Part shown: in pieces, positions 13,901 to 27,100 of the stretch
Layout: each line of letters opens with the position of its first letter
Position numbering within the stretch: the first letter of the stretch is position 1
Assembly (NCBI RefSeq): GCF_964204645.1
Contig: NC_134027.1
Coordinates: forward strand, 20,856,560-20,920,559
From: Tubulanus polymorphus
Lineage: Eukaryota > Animalia > Nemertea
Direction: 5' to 3'
DNA: 64,000 bases
The notes under the pieces: generated by a model
Seen by the model: the letters and a program-made list of their open reading frames with translations, nothing else
The model's database searches: none
What the model was told of the DNA's origin: nothing
Program-made: the position numbers and the translations under genes

Positions 13901-14052
13901 TATTGCTTCGGGTTGAAATACCGCTTCAAGTGGCGGCTTGGCTGGCGGTACTATTTTTGCCGATCAACTCGTTTCTCAATCCCCTTCTTTACACCATACT
14001 GACTATTGATATGAAATTCATCAGGGCAAGAAGAACACGCGTAGGACATTAG
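7965..14052 (+). pseudogene. GRL101-like (type C LGR) receptor paralog B: SP, CUB-like domains, CTLD, about 7 LDLa, LRRs, 7TM; exons 7965-9170, 9253-10579, 10680-14052; multiply disrupted
   Basis: LDLa motifs (CDSRNDCQHGEDE, CDGLANCKDGSDE, CDGQSDCPNSEDE), LRRs (LDLSHNNI), hinge SDAYKFCC..CIPEADQFSSCTDLM, TM motifs NIAASDFLM, GVCLP, CWLP, PINSFLNPLLYT. Frameshifts near 9435, 10251, 10395, 13034-13039 and an insertion at 13719-13881. Confidence 0.85.
13719..13881. mobile_element. About 163-bp insertion in TM6 of paralog B
   Basis: Separates CWLPI from IIVQFCVLLRVEIP; flanked by ATAA direct repeat (13715-13718, 13882-13885). Confidence 0.6.
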
Positions 14053-15287
14053 ATCGAGATAATCCTTCGATAAATCGAAGTTCAATCGACACCTGTACAC
14101 CGCGGATATATTCAGATTATTTGCCTCCAAAAATAGGTTGACAAGGACATGCAGCAACGCGCATTTTTCAACCATTTACGTTATTGTTGACTACATTTAT
14201 GTGTATATACTCTACATTTAGACAGGTAATGGATTTTAGCTCAATACTTTACTGCGAAACACATTTATATTTAACATTTCTTTAAAGGATTTGTACGGGC
14301 AAATTCTCCTTCTGTTCTAGAGGTCCTGCACGTGACGTTATAGTGAGTTTACCAACCAGTCCTAGAGACTTGCGATAGATAACATGATAAAAGGTAATGA
14401 TCTGCGCACTTTGATCAATCATGTAAATACATGGAGTCTAATTGTGTTTGCCAACCAGTATGTTGTAGGTCAAGATGAAAAAGCACATGGCTGTTTGCCC
14501 TCGAAGCCAACAATAACAAATACATGAATTAATATTCCCATTTCATATATTGCATACGGTACAGAGGCCAGTGTAAGACCATCTTAGACGACCTTCGTTC
14601 AATAGCTTATCTCTTAGCTGATCAGTTAAATATGATATCGCGGCAAGAAGACTTTTTAGTCTCCTTTTAGTCCGCACGCGATATTCGTGACCAAATCACA
14701 GTCCGGAAATTGGTGCCACTTAAGTTTCCTCGAAAGGTGTACAAATGATATGGAAGAAGTTAAAAACAGGAATGTTGATACATATAACAATGGCCAGTAT
14801 GAAAAAAAAAATTCCCAACAATTAGCCTGTCCTTGGAAAACAAACGAATTACCATAAATGCATGAAAAACCTAATTGCGTCAGGAATAGAGAAAATGTTA
14901 GCTGAAAATTTGTTTTCACGCCTATGTATTGTGAGTCCCAATTCATTTGCGTGTAGCCATCAAATAGGATGTTTCTTTCACTTGTGGTAGAAAATTGAGG
15001 ACATCGTAAAAGAATGTGAAATTCGTCCCCTATACTACAAGGAAACGGTGGTGCCATTTCGAGGATATAAAAAAATCTAATACAAAATTATAAAGCAACA
15101 AAGTTATCTAGACAAAATAATAGGAGCCCTCTTAATCCGCCCCTGTCTTTATTTTACTGGGTGGCCTTTTGTTTGTTATACATTCCCTCATGTATGATGT
15201 TGACATACGTGCGTGTCATGAACAAATACTAACATTATCTATATATTACACTAATAATAAGTTCTCAAGTTTGTGCCGTTTTTAGTG

Positions 15288-15915
15288 TATGGATAATATC
15301 GATTCATTGTCATTTTCCCTCCGGCCATTTTCCCTCCACACAAAATCCCTCAATCATTATCCCTCCAGTTACTTTCCCTCCAAAAAATACATTTTCCCTC
15401 CGAATGTTCAATTCAATATTATTAATGAAATAAGTGGAAATAAATGATTTGATTATGAAAATTCATTTTTGATAGATGGACATTAACAGAATTTCTAGTA
15501 TAATATAATGTTGCCTAAGCATGTGAGCTAAATTCAAGTTCCACCTGACTCATTCTGACAATAGCAAGGCAATTTGCTTTATTTAATAAAACCTTTAATC
15601 TAATTAATCCTCATTGTCTCTTAGATCACAGGATTTAATTATTCAATGTATTAACGCTTTGTTGACCGCAGTTATTCTTTTTAAAACTAAAATGAGTATT
15701 TCTCTATGAATCCATAAGTTGCCTTATACATACTGATATAGGAGATTCTTTCTTCTATCAATTTTAGAAAAGTGAACATACAAAAGTCCCTTCTTTTTAT
15801 AACATTATATTCTTTGGAGGGAAAACGATCGTTTGAGGAGAGAAAACGATCAGAGGGATAATGACTAAGGGAAATTAACTGGGAAAATAACCGGAGGGAA
15901 AATGAACGAATACCA
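15288..15915. mobile_element. Decayed TIR element with cattttccctcc sub-repeats (Mutator-like, non-autonomous)
   Basis: Left tatgg..tcattttccctccgg repeats; right ccggagggaaaatgaacgaataccata is the inverse. Confidence 0.55.
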
Positions 15916-16259
15916 TAATATCAGACTTCGATTGAGCCGGATCCGATCTATTCAGAAAACCGTTTAAAATCGTAAAATATTCTTATGACAGTTTATTTTA
16001 TGTGAAATGTATAACACCTTACTCGGATATCATAAGGCGGATACCTTATTCCTTTGTATTTAAACGAGTTTTGATCCCAAGAATCTTAGATTTTTTGTGT
16101 ACCGCTTGTCACATAATCTATATTTCGTAGTTTGTTCGCGCAGTTGATTACTGCAAAGAAATATTCACGAATTTCCCGTCCCAGGAAAAGATATATGTAA
16201 AAGTTTATAACGCAATTGCACAATTGAAAATTGCTGAACACATCAAACAGGAAATCTTT

Positions 16260-16960
16260 TAGTTTGGCAGGAATTGGCAAACATACGGCAACAGAGGTTG
16301 GAAGTGTGAAAGTTGCTAATGCTAAAGTGAAACTGCTACAAGCATTTTCGTTGTACGTTTTGTCTTTAAAGCTTTATTGGATGAAACCAATTCTTGACCT
16401 TTAAATAGTAGGTCTAGATAGAATTTTACGTAACTATCAAAATCAAAGGCAAAGAATACGCGTAGATGCCACCATGATATAAAAAATCGATTGTACTGAC
16501 AACTAATAGTAACATCCAAGATCGTTTAGAAAATGCATATCTATGAAAGGGGAAACGAAGATAACGGCGGTCGTTGCAAAAACGAAGACGATAACACAGC
16601 GAATCTAGGCGTATATATCAAACGAGACGTGAACGGGATGAGAACAACTGCCGCACGTTCTAGAGATATTGCTACTATAAGCCACGAACTAACTGTTGCT
16701 GCTCACGAATCCTATCAGAAATTCGTATATTTGACAACTGATCAGTGAATTCACCAATAAATGGGATCAGCCTTCGTTGCGAGCAAGACGACGCATCGTA
16801 TCAGGGGCATCACGGTAAGGCTAAAACAGAACATGAAATCGCACGATGATGAAACGATAAGGTAGTTAGCGTACGATAAACCGCGCAATCTGCTACTTAT
16901 CATTATCAGGGATGTAGCCGTATTTCCAAATATCCCCAGCAAAAACAACAATAGGACCTT
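16260..16960 (-). pseudogene. Decayed intronless rhodopsin-type GPCR
   Basis: Fragments in different frames: LLGIFGN (TM1), SWLIVAISLERAAVVLIPFTSRLIYTPRFA (TM3/ICL2), KRTTKMLVAVS (TM6); several stops and frameshifts. Confidence 0.8.
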
Positions 16961-19900
16961 TAAGCGTTATGAGATTTCTCGTCGATTGTATTCAGACAAT
17001 TCAGATAATTAGTTCGCAAACAATAGAGGATGAGGTATATCTGACACGTATTGACGAAAGAATTTGTCCGAATTGAATTTCCTAATCTTCTTTTTTTTAT
17101 CGCACGATCCATTGTCATCGCCTAATCGAATAAATTGAATCAGGGCCAATTAAATAATCTTTAGAAATTTTCTATTATTGAGAATATCATGATAGAACAA
17201 GAAAATTAAGAATTTATTGATATTGTCGACAATGAATAACTCAACGACAAAATTAAATCGTTAAATTTTTCCAGTTCAATGAGAAACAACTGCGTCCCCG
17301 GAACGATGTACTATTGTTTATACTCATGTAATATTGTTATATCAAAAATCTCTGTATTCAAGTAATAATTCAGGAAGTCAACAAAGTTAACCCCGATCAG
17401 TCGCTTGCAGGTTCAGGCTGGTTGGAAGATTATATTTGCACGATATGAACTTTCGAATATTGAGGAACGTACATTGACTTCATTAACTTTCTATCAATAT
17501 TTTGTGTACGTTTGATAGTTGAAATGAGATTTGGCACGAATTGAGGGTCAATCTTGATCATATTAGAGGACTGTAACTTCACTTGTGTTGCCATGTAAAT
17601 TTCCGAGAGCCTTGAAGCAGCTTAACAGCAGCATTGATTGAGACCGGTTCTCGAATCACGTGCCACAGAATGCCCGACTTTTATATTTGCGAAAATGTCT
17701 CATTAGGAGCCTGTATAGGCTTTTCGACGATATTCCGCTAGTTACCCTACAGTTTCCCTGCAGGCGCGGATCCGGGATTTTTTCCAGAAGGGGTTCATAA
17801 AAAATGTTAATGTTAAACTGCCGACTAAAATCTCTAATGATAGTGGGCCTGTACGGCACATTGTTTGGCCAAACCTAAGATAATATGTTACCGATTATGT
17901 GGTACTGTCTGCCGGCTTTGTCTTGAGTAGGATCATGACTTCCCCCTCTGGATCAGCGTCTCTCCTGCATCCCTGTAGATTAGGGTTGATTCCAATAACG
18001 TGTTTCAATTACTTTGGTGTGATTGTCAAAATTGACCCATGAATCTGCCTCTGGCTGCACGCCGTGTCACGGTACTCCAGCTGATTTCCACATGTAAGCG
18101 CCCTGCTCCTCCAGATTCAACGCTGGCGGTATAACGATGTTTTTCTTAAAACACGGATTATAAATCGAAGTTTTATACCCAAGATATTTTTTTTTTCATA
18201 TCCGTTTAGAATTAAAACATACATCATCAACTTCGTCATAAAACGTGCCATATAACGTTGACGGATCTCAGTAATTTCTTGAGGCAGGCGTAGGTAGGCG
18301 TTGTGACTGTTTGGTATTGACCAATGCATCGCGTCTGCCAGCGACGCGAGTCGCACATGTACTGCGACGCGACGCGACCGTCTATCCGACCCAAGCGCAA
18401 CACACTGACCTCCGCGCTTTTACAGACACACCGCCGCCGACGATCGGATTCAAGTCGACTAAAGCCTGGCGCAGACGAGCGAGTTTTTCGTGGGATTTTA
18501 GTTCGATAGAAAAATCGCTTGGAAATCGCAGCGACTCGTCACTCGTCTGTGCCGGGTTCATGCGCTGTTGGAGTAATCATTTGATTACTCCAAGATGTGA
18601 TTGCGCCTGATTTCAGTTTTCGTTGCAAGCGGTCGCGTTGCTTCGCAAGCGGTCGCGAGTCGACCTACGCCCGCCATGATTTATGTGTACCTACGTTAAC
18701 ATTTCTATTTCCTAGTATTTGGCGCACACTGGACCCTATATTGAAACAGTTGAATATCCTTAAGCTCAAAGATATTAATAAACTTCAGCTAGGTACATTT
18801 TTATCAACAAATCCGTCTACTCTGAATTACCGAAATCATTCGAAAATTATTGGAGCGAAAATTTTCAAATCCAAAGTCGTAATATTCGGCGACGTCAAGA
18901 TTTACAAACCCTTTCTTACAATAGCCAAAGAAGAAAATTGTCAGTAAAAATATCCGGCCCCTTACTTTGCAATTACATCAGTCACAATTTAACAAATATG
19001 GAAAATTCAAGCTGTTTCCGAAAAATTAAAGAAAACAACTTTGCTCTGAATGATTACATTATATAGGTATCGTCTAATTCAAACTGAAATAATAGTTATA
19101 TTAAAAGTATGCATTAGATCATAATCGAAGTATTACAGAAAACAACTGGCTTAAATGATCAGATACGATAGGTATATCTTAAAACTGTTTTCATGGTTTA
19201 TTATGTGTGCATTCTTGTGTGTTGAGGGTTGACTGTGAACGTGTTTTTTGTTATTACATTTTCTTCTTCACTTTTCTCTTTTGAGGGATCCGTTTTTAAG
19301 AGGGATCCGTTTTATAAACTATTTCTTAGTTTCTACAGAGTCTATCCTCCAAGTCTAATTTACTGTATTTTGTATTATGCTTTTTGTGCACTATGCTGAA
19401 AATCATACTTGAAAATAAAGCGTTCATTCATTCATTCATTCATTCAACAATGACTAATTTCATGAAATAAAGCCAACAATTTTTATTTCATCAGTTCTCA
19501 CAAAATATAAACACAACAGTAGTAGACAACGGTGAAGCAAGTCAACATTATTTGTGCTTGTCTCGGTAGCAACGATGGCAGTATGTACCTTGTATTCAGC
19601 TAACTTGGTGGTAATTCAACGGACCCAAGATAATCGTTTAGCATTTCAATAAACAAGTCACGGGTACCGTTAAAAAAAATATATATACATATATAGATCG
19701 AAACGGGCACATGTTTACTTGTCAACCGTACATAGCTAAGTTCTTGGTAACCATAATAGGTACGAATCTCAAATAGCAATAACAAAATATATTCCTTTTC
19801 GTTAGAATAAAAATATACAGTATCAATTTGCAATTAGTGTACACAGTTCATAGTTCAGTCTGCATCGTCCGAGGCGTATAATGAAAAGTGCCTCATTTCT

Positions 19901-21134
19901 TATTTCAGGACTGTCACCTCTTCGTCAAGGGCGAATATAATAGAATGGAGAGTTTACCCGTGACGTTTGAAACCCATAAAGCTATACGCGTAGCGTCAGC
20001 GTTTTCATAATAAAAACGATATAAAGTTACTACTGTTTGCAACTAAAAATTAGCAATGCAATGAGAAAAAACGTGTGGTTTTCCAAGGACATATGTGAAC
20101 AATGACCTTTCAAAACGGCTTTCCGCGGACGCAAGAACGAGTAAAGCAAGCACCGAAATAATAGCGACCAAATACGCTAGAATAGGTTTCAAACGTCACG
20201 CATTGTGGAGAAAATGTGGTTCATAGGTCTACGTGAACTTTGGTTAAGTAACAATATCAGTGGTAGAAATAATTATGCAATATAGACCTTATTCACGTGA
20301 CGTCACAGCATGTCATACTGCCCATCTAGCCCCTACGTAGTATCAAAGAGTCGAGTGCAATTTAAACGAACAATAATGACGCGGGCGAACATTACATCAA
20401 TGAATACGGTTTATACACGACCTTGCAGTAAGTAACAATCTTGGGTCGAGGCTTTCTTAGAGAAAATATGTATTGCATTAGTTATATTTGCATCAATGTA
20501 ATGTTCAAACACAGCCCAACGTTGTGGCTCTGGAAATAAGAACGTGTTCCCAGTACAAAAACTACAATCACGTTTACCTGGCGATTACGCCGCCTTACGA
20601 CAAGTTAAGCATGATAATTAATCAAAACGACATGACAATCAGTAATAATAAATCGAATTAACAAAGTTACAGCCAACGAAGTTGAACGATTTTTAAACCA
20701 TTCAACGGGCAAAAATCAACTATAACGAGAATGATTTATAACAATTCGCGATAATTGGTTTAAATTCACATCTCATTGACACATATAACAATTAATCATA
20801 ATATAATTACAATGTAACGGTTGCGCATATTTTTAAATATTTTCGTTAGTTTCAATCGCGCATATCGTAAATGCTTTTTTTACATTCATTTTTATATTAG
20901 ATGCTTTTTTACACTTGACGCATTTATTGACGTTACAACAATAGTATTGAGAAATCACTATGGTGAAAGACGTTACAATTACAAAATATATTGTTCTGTG
21001 CTCTGAGCAAACGCGTGTAGAGCAATCAACTATGCTTGAATTGATGTATATTACTGAGCATTGTCTCCCGATGCTAGGACACGTGCGGGCGCACACCAAA
21101 GCCACCCGACGTAAATGCGTTACACCGCGACATA

Positions 21135-24100
21135 TTACGGAGTATCTACGGCAGCTGATTGGATACTGGTCGGCGAATCGTCATTAGACTTCAACGTGGC
21201 AGGCGGTGGTGGCGATGTGGAATTGGCATTTTCAATTTTCACGGACGACTGAATGTTTAAATTACGCACGCCGATAAACGATCCGCTAAAATTAACGGGA
21301 ATACTAATCGGATGATACATCGATACAGACGACTGACCGCCTCCGCATTGACCTAATTTAGATACATGAACTGCGATTGGGACGTAATGAGTACCGGACG
21401 GGTGTAACGCGAAAGCGGGCACCAAAACGTCACTGCCCTCGCTGTTTTTATTGTTCTGGTCATGAGCTTTCGACACGCTGACGTTCAAGTCAGGATTGGT
21501 TCCACTGTCGGCACTATTACCGGATAGTTCGGACACAGGGTAAGCGGTACTTTCCGAACTCGGGCTCAGAGGACGTTTTAAACAATGAGTGGGACGGTAC
21601 GGCCGCGATCCGTCACGCGAACACGACGATGACGAACTATCGCTCTGTCTGGCTGGTTCCTTACGCCGTGACGTAAAACGAAGTTTAATGTCGTTTTTAA
21701 ACTTATATATCTCCTTGGAATTCTTCTCAGTGTTGATTTGGTAGTTTTCTTCATGTTTAGCCGACGATAATCCGGATGTTGCGGACTCGCAGCCTCCCCG
21801 TATCTCGTTAGACGCGTCAAAACTGGCGCTTAGATCTCTTACAATATATCGATCCGCATCGATTATTTGTTTATTGTTGTCGGAATTCGTTTGTTGCTCC
21901 TCGCAACGGCTTTCCAACAACTCAGCAGATGGCGCTGACTTATTCGTTTCGGCCTCAGCCGCCCATAGTGATCGGTCGCACTGCCCTTCTAATTTCATGT
22001 CGATTGATCCTAATTAAAAATCAGTTAGAAAATTAAATTCTACTTTTTCTTTAATTCAGCAATGTTCTTTCATTCATCTAGATGGCAGTTTATCCGCCAG
22101 AAGCTATCATTTGGGTAAGTACATGTGTATCAAACTTAAATCTGAACGAACATTCCTTGTATGCTACGTATGTACGTGGGAAACAATGTATCGTTGTTAT
22201 CTTTGTTATCATCTTATCTTTTTTATCTTAGTATATTTTTGTCGTTATTCATTTGAACGCCGATAGTTCGTTTTTACGCAGCGTTTTCGTGTCACATTAA
22301 TTAAAAAATTGGTGGAGATCTTGAATTTCGAATCTTTCGCTCAAATCAGTCACCATATATTGTATAGGGCCTATGGTGGATGCTTAATTTCATATAATCC
22401 ACATGTACTTACTTTTCGCAAATTTCTGACTTTGCGCTTCCAAATAGTTCCTCAGTTTGACACAAGCTGAATCGGCGGCGTTGTAGCCTTCGACTTCGAC
22501 CAGGAATCGCATCAGTTCGGCGGCGCATTCCTTGAAACCCATCAGGAAATTCTCGTGACAAATGATTTTGTCATGATTGTCACGACTATCCCCTAAAATA
22601 TACGTAAATATATCAATGAAAAAGGTACCACATCAAAGTAATGATTTTCGTATGGTTCTTTTTAAGTTTACTCGTAATAATTCGTGCAGGAAAACAAGTA
22701 TCGTGAAATGATAAATAGAATATTTTTCGTAATATACTTTTTCTTTGTGAATATAAACCATTTTCACTTATATTTGTAAGCGGTTAGTACTCGTATACAG
22801 AATATTTTCACAATTTAAGTACGGATAATATTTCTTCAATGTGCACATCACGAAAGCTGATATAAGCTTATACTACCTCTATCTGGCCCGAGATTCCGTC
22901 TACAGACCTACAGTTTAGAATGGGTCAAGAATTTTTAGTAGATTATGATGGCTTATACTACGGGTATCCTTGTAACGTCGTCAATCGTTCTTTCTCCTGC
23001 CAGCAAGCTATATCGGCCATGCTCCTTCCTCCTACAGTACTTCATCAAATAGCACAGAATTCTTCGGCTTTTTCTAATTGCTCGGAGTACTATGGTGGCT
23101 GATAAGGGCCAAATAATTTTTAATAATAACAGTAAATTTTAAACGATCTCGATTATAGAAAAACGCAAAACGAAACTTATAGACAAAAACGAACTTTTCG
23201 TTTTTGCACCCTAGAAAAAACGAATTTTACCGCGCAAAAACGAAATATTATAGAGCAAAAACGAAAATATTCGTTTTTGCTCTATGATTTTTCCTTTTTC
23301 GCTCCATAATATTCGTTTTGGCGAAAAGTTCGTTTATGCGCGGTAGCAAAAACGAAGTTTTCGTTTTTGCTCTATAGGTTTCGTTTTGCATTTTTCTATA
23401 ATCAAGGTCGTGTAAAAATTAATGCGTTTGGCCCTTATCAGCCATCATAAAGTACGGACCCGTTGCCGAAAAATTACGTAATTGAGAGCAACAAAAAGCA
23501 ATCTATTTCTTCAATGATACCCGCCGAATTTTTGTTTCTGTCCCACGATTAACCTATTTTTCTCATATCTTTAGACAAGCAACAACTTGGCAGCTGTACG
23601 ATATTTTGTGAGTTTTTGCTGAATATATCTAATTAAATTAAATTCAAAATGGTTGACACGCGTTATCTGCATTGCCCCGTCATCGTATGAGATTTTGAAA
23701 TGGAGCAATTATTATTTTTCCCCTAGCTCCTGTCATCCAAAGCTTATTTCTTCGAAATACATGTACGTACATTTACATTTGATGTAAACTAAAATCCTCG
23801 TTTCGATTCGGGCCCACACGGCACCTCCACTTTCGGGTTGGGATGTCCGTAATCCAAGCAATTAAAAAAAACCTTAGTAAATTTAAGTACTTCCTGCCCA
23901 CCAATTGTCCCAGTTTTCTGACTCTTGAACCTTCCAACCAAGGTCCGTAGTCAGGATTTTTCAAGGGCATGTCCAAACCAAGGGAAATTTTGACCACCAT
24001 CCCGATCCCCAACTAGTAACAACAATTCCCTGATTTCCGTGGTATAGTATGATTATTGGGTGCATATATGAAAAAAAAACTGGGTCAAAGGTCAGAATGC

Positions 24101-27100
24101 AACATAGAAAGCATAATAATAGATATATCATAATAATACATAAATCATTGGGTGCACCCTAGCTTGTCAGGGTTTTGATTACGCGAGAAGGTTGCATTTG
24201 CTACCTGCTGGTACTACACTAACTTCCTCCGATTATCATATTCAAAGCATATTTGAAATAACACAAATTGCTAGAACATAGTTATCTGTTCTACAATAAA
24301 AGTGTTAACCTTTTGAAAATCCAAAAGTTTTTCAAACTTCAACGTTTTATATTTCAATCCGGAATTTCACAGTATGTACAGTATATATGGGGTCTAGGGA
24401 CACCATTCCCACTTGGGAAGTGGTTTGAAATGCTCAACAGTCCGGTCGACCTAATTTGTTTTCAGCTGATTGTCCTTCGGGAATACAGATACATAAAGAA
24501 GGATCAACATACGTAATTACTCAAAGAGTCTTCATCAAAATGTTCCATGAAAACTTCAAATATATGTAAAAGGTGCTGATTTCGCCAGTCGATTCTGATC
24601 AGGCCAGTGCTGTTGTTGGGCTGAAGATGTAACTAGCTTGGATACTTTCATAAATCAAATCAAGACAATCCTTCAAAGCTTCATTAATGGATGGACGAAT
24701 GGACGGACCAACGACGGATGAAAAGTGAACGCAATAATAGCCTGCTGAGACTTAAGTCCTAAGTAGGTTGAAAAATGAATAAATCTCCACTTATTCTTTT
24801 TTTAACGTCAGTCGAAAAACGAAAAGTTAGACGTGTTAACGTGGCGTTTTCGTGTTTTTCGGGGGAAAAGAATTGGCAGATATCGAGCGTCATAGTTTGC
24901 TCTTTACTATTCCGAATCAGCCACCATAATATAGCAATAACCTCGTGTAAAAAACATCCGTGTATTCTCATTTACCTTCTAAACAGTTGATCATAGCCTG
25001 CAATCTTTTGATATGTACAATCGCTAATTCAATTATCTCCGTTTTTTCGATTCTTCCTTGACCCTTAAAATTTGAAAATGAAAATTAATTCAATCTGTGC
25101 GCTTGAAAATCTTACAAATCACCGTGCAAAATATGGTAACCCTAACGGGCTATTATCTAATTACTTGAGTACGGATATTTTCAAGCAAAAAAATGGGAAT
25201 GCGAAGGAAAGAAAACTTTAATAATACGAGGCAAATAAAAGGGAACAGGGAGAAATGAATATGAGTATTTTCCACATAAAATCTCGAAAGGACTGCGGAA
25301 AAAAATAACTAGGGGCCCAGGGACACCATGCCCACTTGGGAAGTGGTTTCAAAAGCTCATCAATCTAAAAATTTCAATATATAACCCGCAACAATCATAG
25401 AACATGTCAGCAGCTACGATTTTGATTTTTGATAACAAAATATGCCCCATTACCAACTTAGTTACTCTACTATTCGACGCCCCCTGGTGACCATATGCAA
25501 AACCCAATGACCTTGAAACTCACCACAATCATAGACGATGTCATGAGCTACAACTTTGCAATTGATTGTGGTAACAAAATATGCATAGGTACGAATATAA
25601 TATCGAAATACTAAGTTCACTTATTATTCAACGCCCCCTGGTGTCCATATAAAATAACCAATGACCTTGAAACTCACCAAGTCATAGAAAACGTTATGAG
25701 CTACAACTTTGCAATCGATTGTGGCAACAAAATATGCTTAGGTATCAATATAATGTGGAAAAACTTTTTTCCACCTACTAATGAGTACTGATGACACCAA
25801 GATGGCCGCTAATTGGTGATAATTGGCTGATCAAAAATACCTGTCTCAGCTATTGCAGATCCCTTTCCACAGAGTAGCTACCACAAATTTCAATGAAAAA
25901 TGGCAAACCAGTAGAAAGCTACAGGACTCAGAATTCGGAGCAAAATTGGCCTTTTGGGCACAAAAAATTGTCACGGGAGGGCCATCTTGAATCCGATCGA
26001 CACAATTTATGTTATGCTGATGGGCCTTTGGGGGATACAAATACATATGAAAGATCAAGATAATTGATCAAAGTGTCTTTAAAATTTCCCTCGAAAACAT
26101 GAAATATGTGTAAAAAGTGCTGATTTTGGCGAACAACAATGGCTGCCAGTCGGCCATCTTGAATCTGAAAGGGCCAGTCTTTGGGCTGAAGATGTGTCTA
26201 GGGTAGATACATGTGTAACCCAAATATAAAGACATTAAATTGAAGCGTCTTCAGAACTTCCCAAAATAACTGGATTCCGTCTACAGACGAACGGACGGAC
26301 GACGGACGAAAAGTGAACGCAATAGTCCGCTGGGATTTATGTCCCAAAAAAGGAGGTGAAAATTGTGATGAATTTGATTTGAATGATGGAATAAATGGAA
26401 AAATATAACTTTTGTAAATCGCGAGAAGATTGAGATGTCGGAACAAAAACTTTAGCAAGTTACTAGATTGAAAATCAAGACTGGCATAACAAACAAATAA
26501 CTTCGGTTTTATTTGTCCAATTTTCATGAAAACACGACGGAAGACTAAAAATGAATATTTCTTTCTTATTGACAAGAATCCAAAACTGTTCCGCAGAAAA
26601 TATCTGGCGCCAGAAATGTTCCGTAATTGCGTATGGTGTCGTTTTTTAATATGCCCAACGTTGCCGAGATACACATCGATTGTACACCACAAATTGAGTC
26701 TCACCTGTTTTAAGTACGATGAAGGAATCAGTTTGCTTAAATCTCCTAGACAATTATTCATTCGATCTCGTCTTCTTTTCTCGATAATTCTGTGGGATTG
26801 CGGGTCCTTGAAAATAAAACGCATGTACACGCATATGTTTAGTATAAATCGTCTGCACCCATGCGCCATCTACCGACGATGGAGAATATGAAAACTTACC
26901 CGCGAAGTTTTCTGGCGTTTCGGGTGAGGTTCATAGTCATCCACGGACATGGGTAGGTTCAAATTCAGAGACCTAAAGAAAAGAAATTTACACGCATCAA
27001 GTTTCTGTTTTGTGTATAACGAAGTAACCTGACCAGGCCGGCTCAACATCCGAATGACAATGTTCTCGGCAGTAATCTAACTCTATTTAAATCGAGTCTA

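Noticed and set aside
19895-19935. Possible further hammerhead on the minus strand
   Set aside because: Core reads UUGACGA and stems are poor.
26198-26869. 223-aa ORF as a whole protein
   Set aside because: Only 26806-26705 is a cwo exon; the rest is intron read-through.
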